Assembly: GCA_963821525.1 (NCBI GenBank)
Contig: CAWGED010000012.1
Coordinates: 64,001 to 128,000 of the forward strand
Direction: 5' to 3'
DNA: 64,000 nucleotides
Origin: an uncultured Gemmatimonadales bacterium
GTDB lineage: Bacteria; Gemmatimonadota; Gemmatimonadetes; Gemmatimonadales; GWC2-71-9
Shown here in pieces: positions 61,463 through 64,000 of the stretch. The notes below the pieces were generated by a model, which was not told where the DNA came from, did not search any database, and saw only the letters and a program-made list of their open reading frames with translations. Both the position numbers and the translations under genes were made by a program. Numbering within the stretch: the first letter of the stretch is position 1; each line of letters starts with the position of its first letter.

Positions 61463-61803
61463 CCGACATCTTGAACCGGGACGACACCGCGAAGCTTCCC
61501 TCTCCGCCGGCAGAGGCGGGCGAGGAGACATGGGAACTGCGGCTGTATGTTGCGGGTCAGTCTGCCAAGTCGGTAACCGCCTTCGCCAACTTGCGGGCGT
61601 TGTGCGAGCAATACCTGCCGGGCAAGTACGAGATCGAAATCGTCGATCTGCTGCAGAAACCTCAGCTGGCGCGCGGGGATCAGATCGTAGCCATCCCTAC
61701 TCTGGTACGGAAGCTTCCGGAGCCAATCCGGAAGATCGTTGGCGACCTATCCAACACCGAGAAGACCCTGGTGGGTCTGCAGCTTCGTCCCCGAGCCTGG
61801 TGA
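61459..61803 (+). CDS. kaiB: KaiB
   Basis: [35 protein letters not shown]. Confidence 0.95.
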   Translation: MTDILNRDDTAKLPSPPAEAGEETWELRLYVAGQSAKSVTAFANLRALCEQYLPGKYEIEIVDLLQKPQLARGDQIVAIPTLVRKLPEPIRKIVGDLSNTEKTLVGLQLRPRAW

Positions 61804-62148
61804 TTGATCGTGCGAGACCCTATTGGAAATCCAGACACCAAGGCATTTGAGGATCTGCTCAAACAACGGGGCCAGAGCCACTATAGCCTGCGTCTATATA
61901 TCACCGGCATGACGCCGCGCTCGACCGACGCCATCGCCGCCATCAAGAGCATCTGTGAAGAATTCCTCCAGGGGCGCTATGACCTCGAAGTGATCGACAT
62001 CTATCAGCATCCGGAACAGGCGAGAGCCGCCCAGATCATCGCCTCGCCCACCCTGCTCAAGCGCCTGCCGGTCCCGTTGCGTCGCCTGATCGGGGACCTC
62101 TCCAATCGGGAACGGGTCCTGATTGGACTCGACCTGGCCGAGACGTGA
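61804..62148 (+). CDS. kaiB: Second KaiB
   Basis: LRLYITGMTPRS, IIASPTLLKRLPVPLRRLIGDLS. Confidence 0.95.
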   Translation: MIVRDPIGNPDTKAFEDLLKQRGQSHYSLRLYITGMTPRSTDAIAAIKSICEEFLQGRYDLEVIDIYQHPEQARAAQIIASPTLLKRLPVPLRRLIGDLSNRERVLIGLDLAET

Positions 62149-62158
62149 GTCCGACGCG

Positions 62159-63899
62159 ATGAAACCGCCCACCGAGCAGGGACCGAGCCGGGAGTCGCTC
62201 GCTAACAACCAGCCGGGGAGCCCCCGGGAGCAACTCGAAGCCGAGATAGCTGCTCTGCGCATCAGGCTGGAGGAGAGCGAGGAGACAATCCAGGCTATCC
62301 GGTCGGGAGCGGTGGACGCCTTTCTGGTCGAGGGTCCCGACGGAGAAAAGGTGTACGCCCTGGAATCGGCGGATCGTCCTTATCGGATCCTCGTCGAGTG
62401 CATGAACGAAGGGGCGATTACCCTGAGCGCCCAGGGCAACATCCTGTATTGCAACCCCCATTTCGCCGAGATGCTGGGGAGGTCCGCCGAAAGTCTCATG
62501 GGCCACGCCATGTGCGACGTGGTCGTCTCCACCGATCGCGACGAGTGCACCAGGATGCTCGAGGTCGCCAAGACGGTGCCGACGGAAGGTGAAGTCCTGC
62601 TCGAGCGTGGCGATGGAACCATCGATTCCGGTCCACCTCACCCTGAGCCCGCTTCCTATCGAAGGCGCCGCGGTCGTCTGCGGCGTCGTCACCGACCTCA
62701 CCGAGCACAAGCACAACGTGGAGCTGAGGGTCGCCCAGGCCGCGTTGCATGATAGCGAGGCACGCTACCGGCAGGCCGACAAGCAGAAGGACGAGTTCCT
62801 GGCGATCCTCGCCCACGAGCTCCGGAATCCGCTCGCCCCGGCCACCAACGCGCTGCACATTCTGCAGATCAAGGCGCCGCCGATCCCGGAGCTGCAATGG
62901 GCCCGGGAAGTCATCGCAACCCAGGTCCAGCGGATGACCCGACTGATCGACGACCTCATGGACGTCAGCCGCATCACCAGTAACAAGCTGACGCTGAGAG
63001 TGGAGCGGGTGGAGCTGGCCAGGGTAATCGAAGAAGCGCTCACCAACAGCCGTCCATTCATCGACGAGTCGCAGCACCAGCTGAGAGTGGTGCTCCCGAG
63101 GGAGTCGGTGCTGCTCAACGCCGACCTCGTTCGCATGGCCCAAGTTCTGTCCAACCTGCTGATCAACGCCGCCAAGTATACCAACCCCGGTGGTACCATC
63201 GCTTTGCGGGCGGAGCGCCAGGACGGAGAGGCCGTGATCTCGATCAAAGACTCCGGAATCGGCATTCCCCCGGAGTTGCTGCCCAGAATCTTTGACATGT
63301 TCATGCAGGGAGACCGGACCCTGACCCGCACTCACGGCGGCCTCGGTATCGGCCTCACCCTGGTGAAGCGACTGGTGGAAATGCATGGGGGAAGCGTCGA
63401 GGCATGGAGCGAAGGGAAAGACAAGGGAAGTGAGTTCACCATCCGGATCCCCGCCCTGGTGGATCCGCGCAACCGGGAGCGCGACGCCATCCCCGCCGAC
63501 GACTCCATGCCGAAGGGTCACCGGCGCATCCTGATCGTCGATGATAACGAGCTGTCGGCCAACAGCCTGAGCATTCTGCTGGGCATGGCAGGGAACGAGA
63601 CCCGCACCGCGTACGACGGAGCCGAAGCGGTTGCCACCGCCGAGACCTTCCGGCCCGACGTGGTGCTGCTGGACCTCGGCCTTCCCCTGATGGACGGCTA
63701 TGAGACCTGCACCCGGATCCGGCAGCAACCATGGGGCAAGGACATCCTGGTGGTCGCCTTGACCGGGTGGGGACAGGCCGAGGACCGCCGCCGCAGCACC
63801 GAAGCCGGGTTCGATCGCCACATCGTGAAACCGGCGGATCCGGTTCAGTTGATGAAGTTGCTGGCCGAGTTGGAGGCGGCAAAGGAGCAGGCTTCATGA
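62159..63899 (+). CDS. PAS hybrid histidine kinase-receiver, frameshift near 62625
   Basis: coiled coil + IRSGAVDA, PAS (MNEGA), LAHELRNPL, G-box, receiver. Confidence 0.9.
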
Positions 63900-63921
63900 T
63901 CTGAGCAGTTTCCGCCGGCGC

Positions 63922-63983
63922 ACGATACCTTGACATCCGACAACAGCGTTCGTATTGTCGGATGTCGAGGTATCGTCTTTTTT
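63922..63983 (+). terminator. 22-bp inverted repeat + T-tract, also containing a sigma70 promoter
   Basis: acgataccttgacatccgacaa / ttgtcggatgtcgaggtatcgt + tttttt; TTGACA-N17-TATTGT. Confidence 0.7.
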
Positions 63984-64000
63984 GGGAGAAACCGATGGAT

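Overview
High-GC bacterial chromosomal window. Gene style (Ser/Thr kinases, S9/S46/M48 peptidases, heptamer intergenic repeats) suggests Gemmatimonadota, which is an inference. It holds about 55 CDSs: BamA/TamA, dacB, sixA, aroB, a sigma-70 factor, glcDEF, a split AAA+/vWA pair, peptidases, a GH20, an iadA-cphB-cphA-(cphA-like) cyanophycin cluster, twin kinases, topoisomerase IB and a kaiC-kaiB-kaiB operon between two PAS hybrid kinases. Many genes carry 1-nt frameshifts that look like long-read errors. Two non-coding patterns stand out. (1) Three copies (55071-57323) of a promoter + conserved covarying antiterminator-like stem + overlapping intrinsic terminator, a candidate undescribed cis-regulatory RNA/attenuator. 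(2) A family of sequence-diverse heptamer tandem arrays in inverted pairs that bracket genes, one pair enclosing a four-helix-bundle gene. I found no rRNA, tRNA, CRISPR array or transposase.
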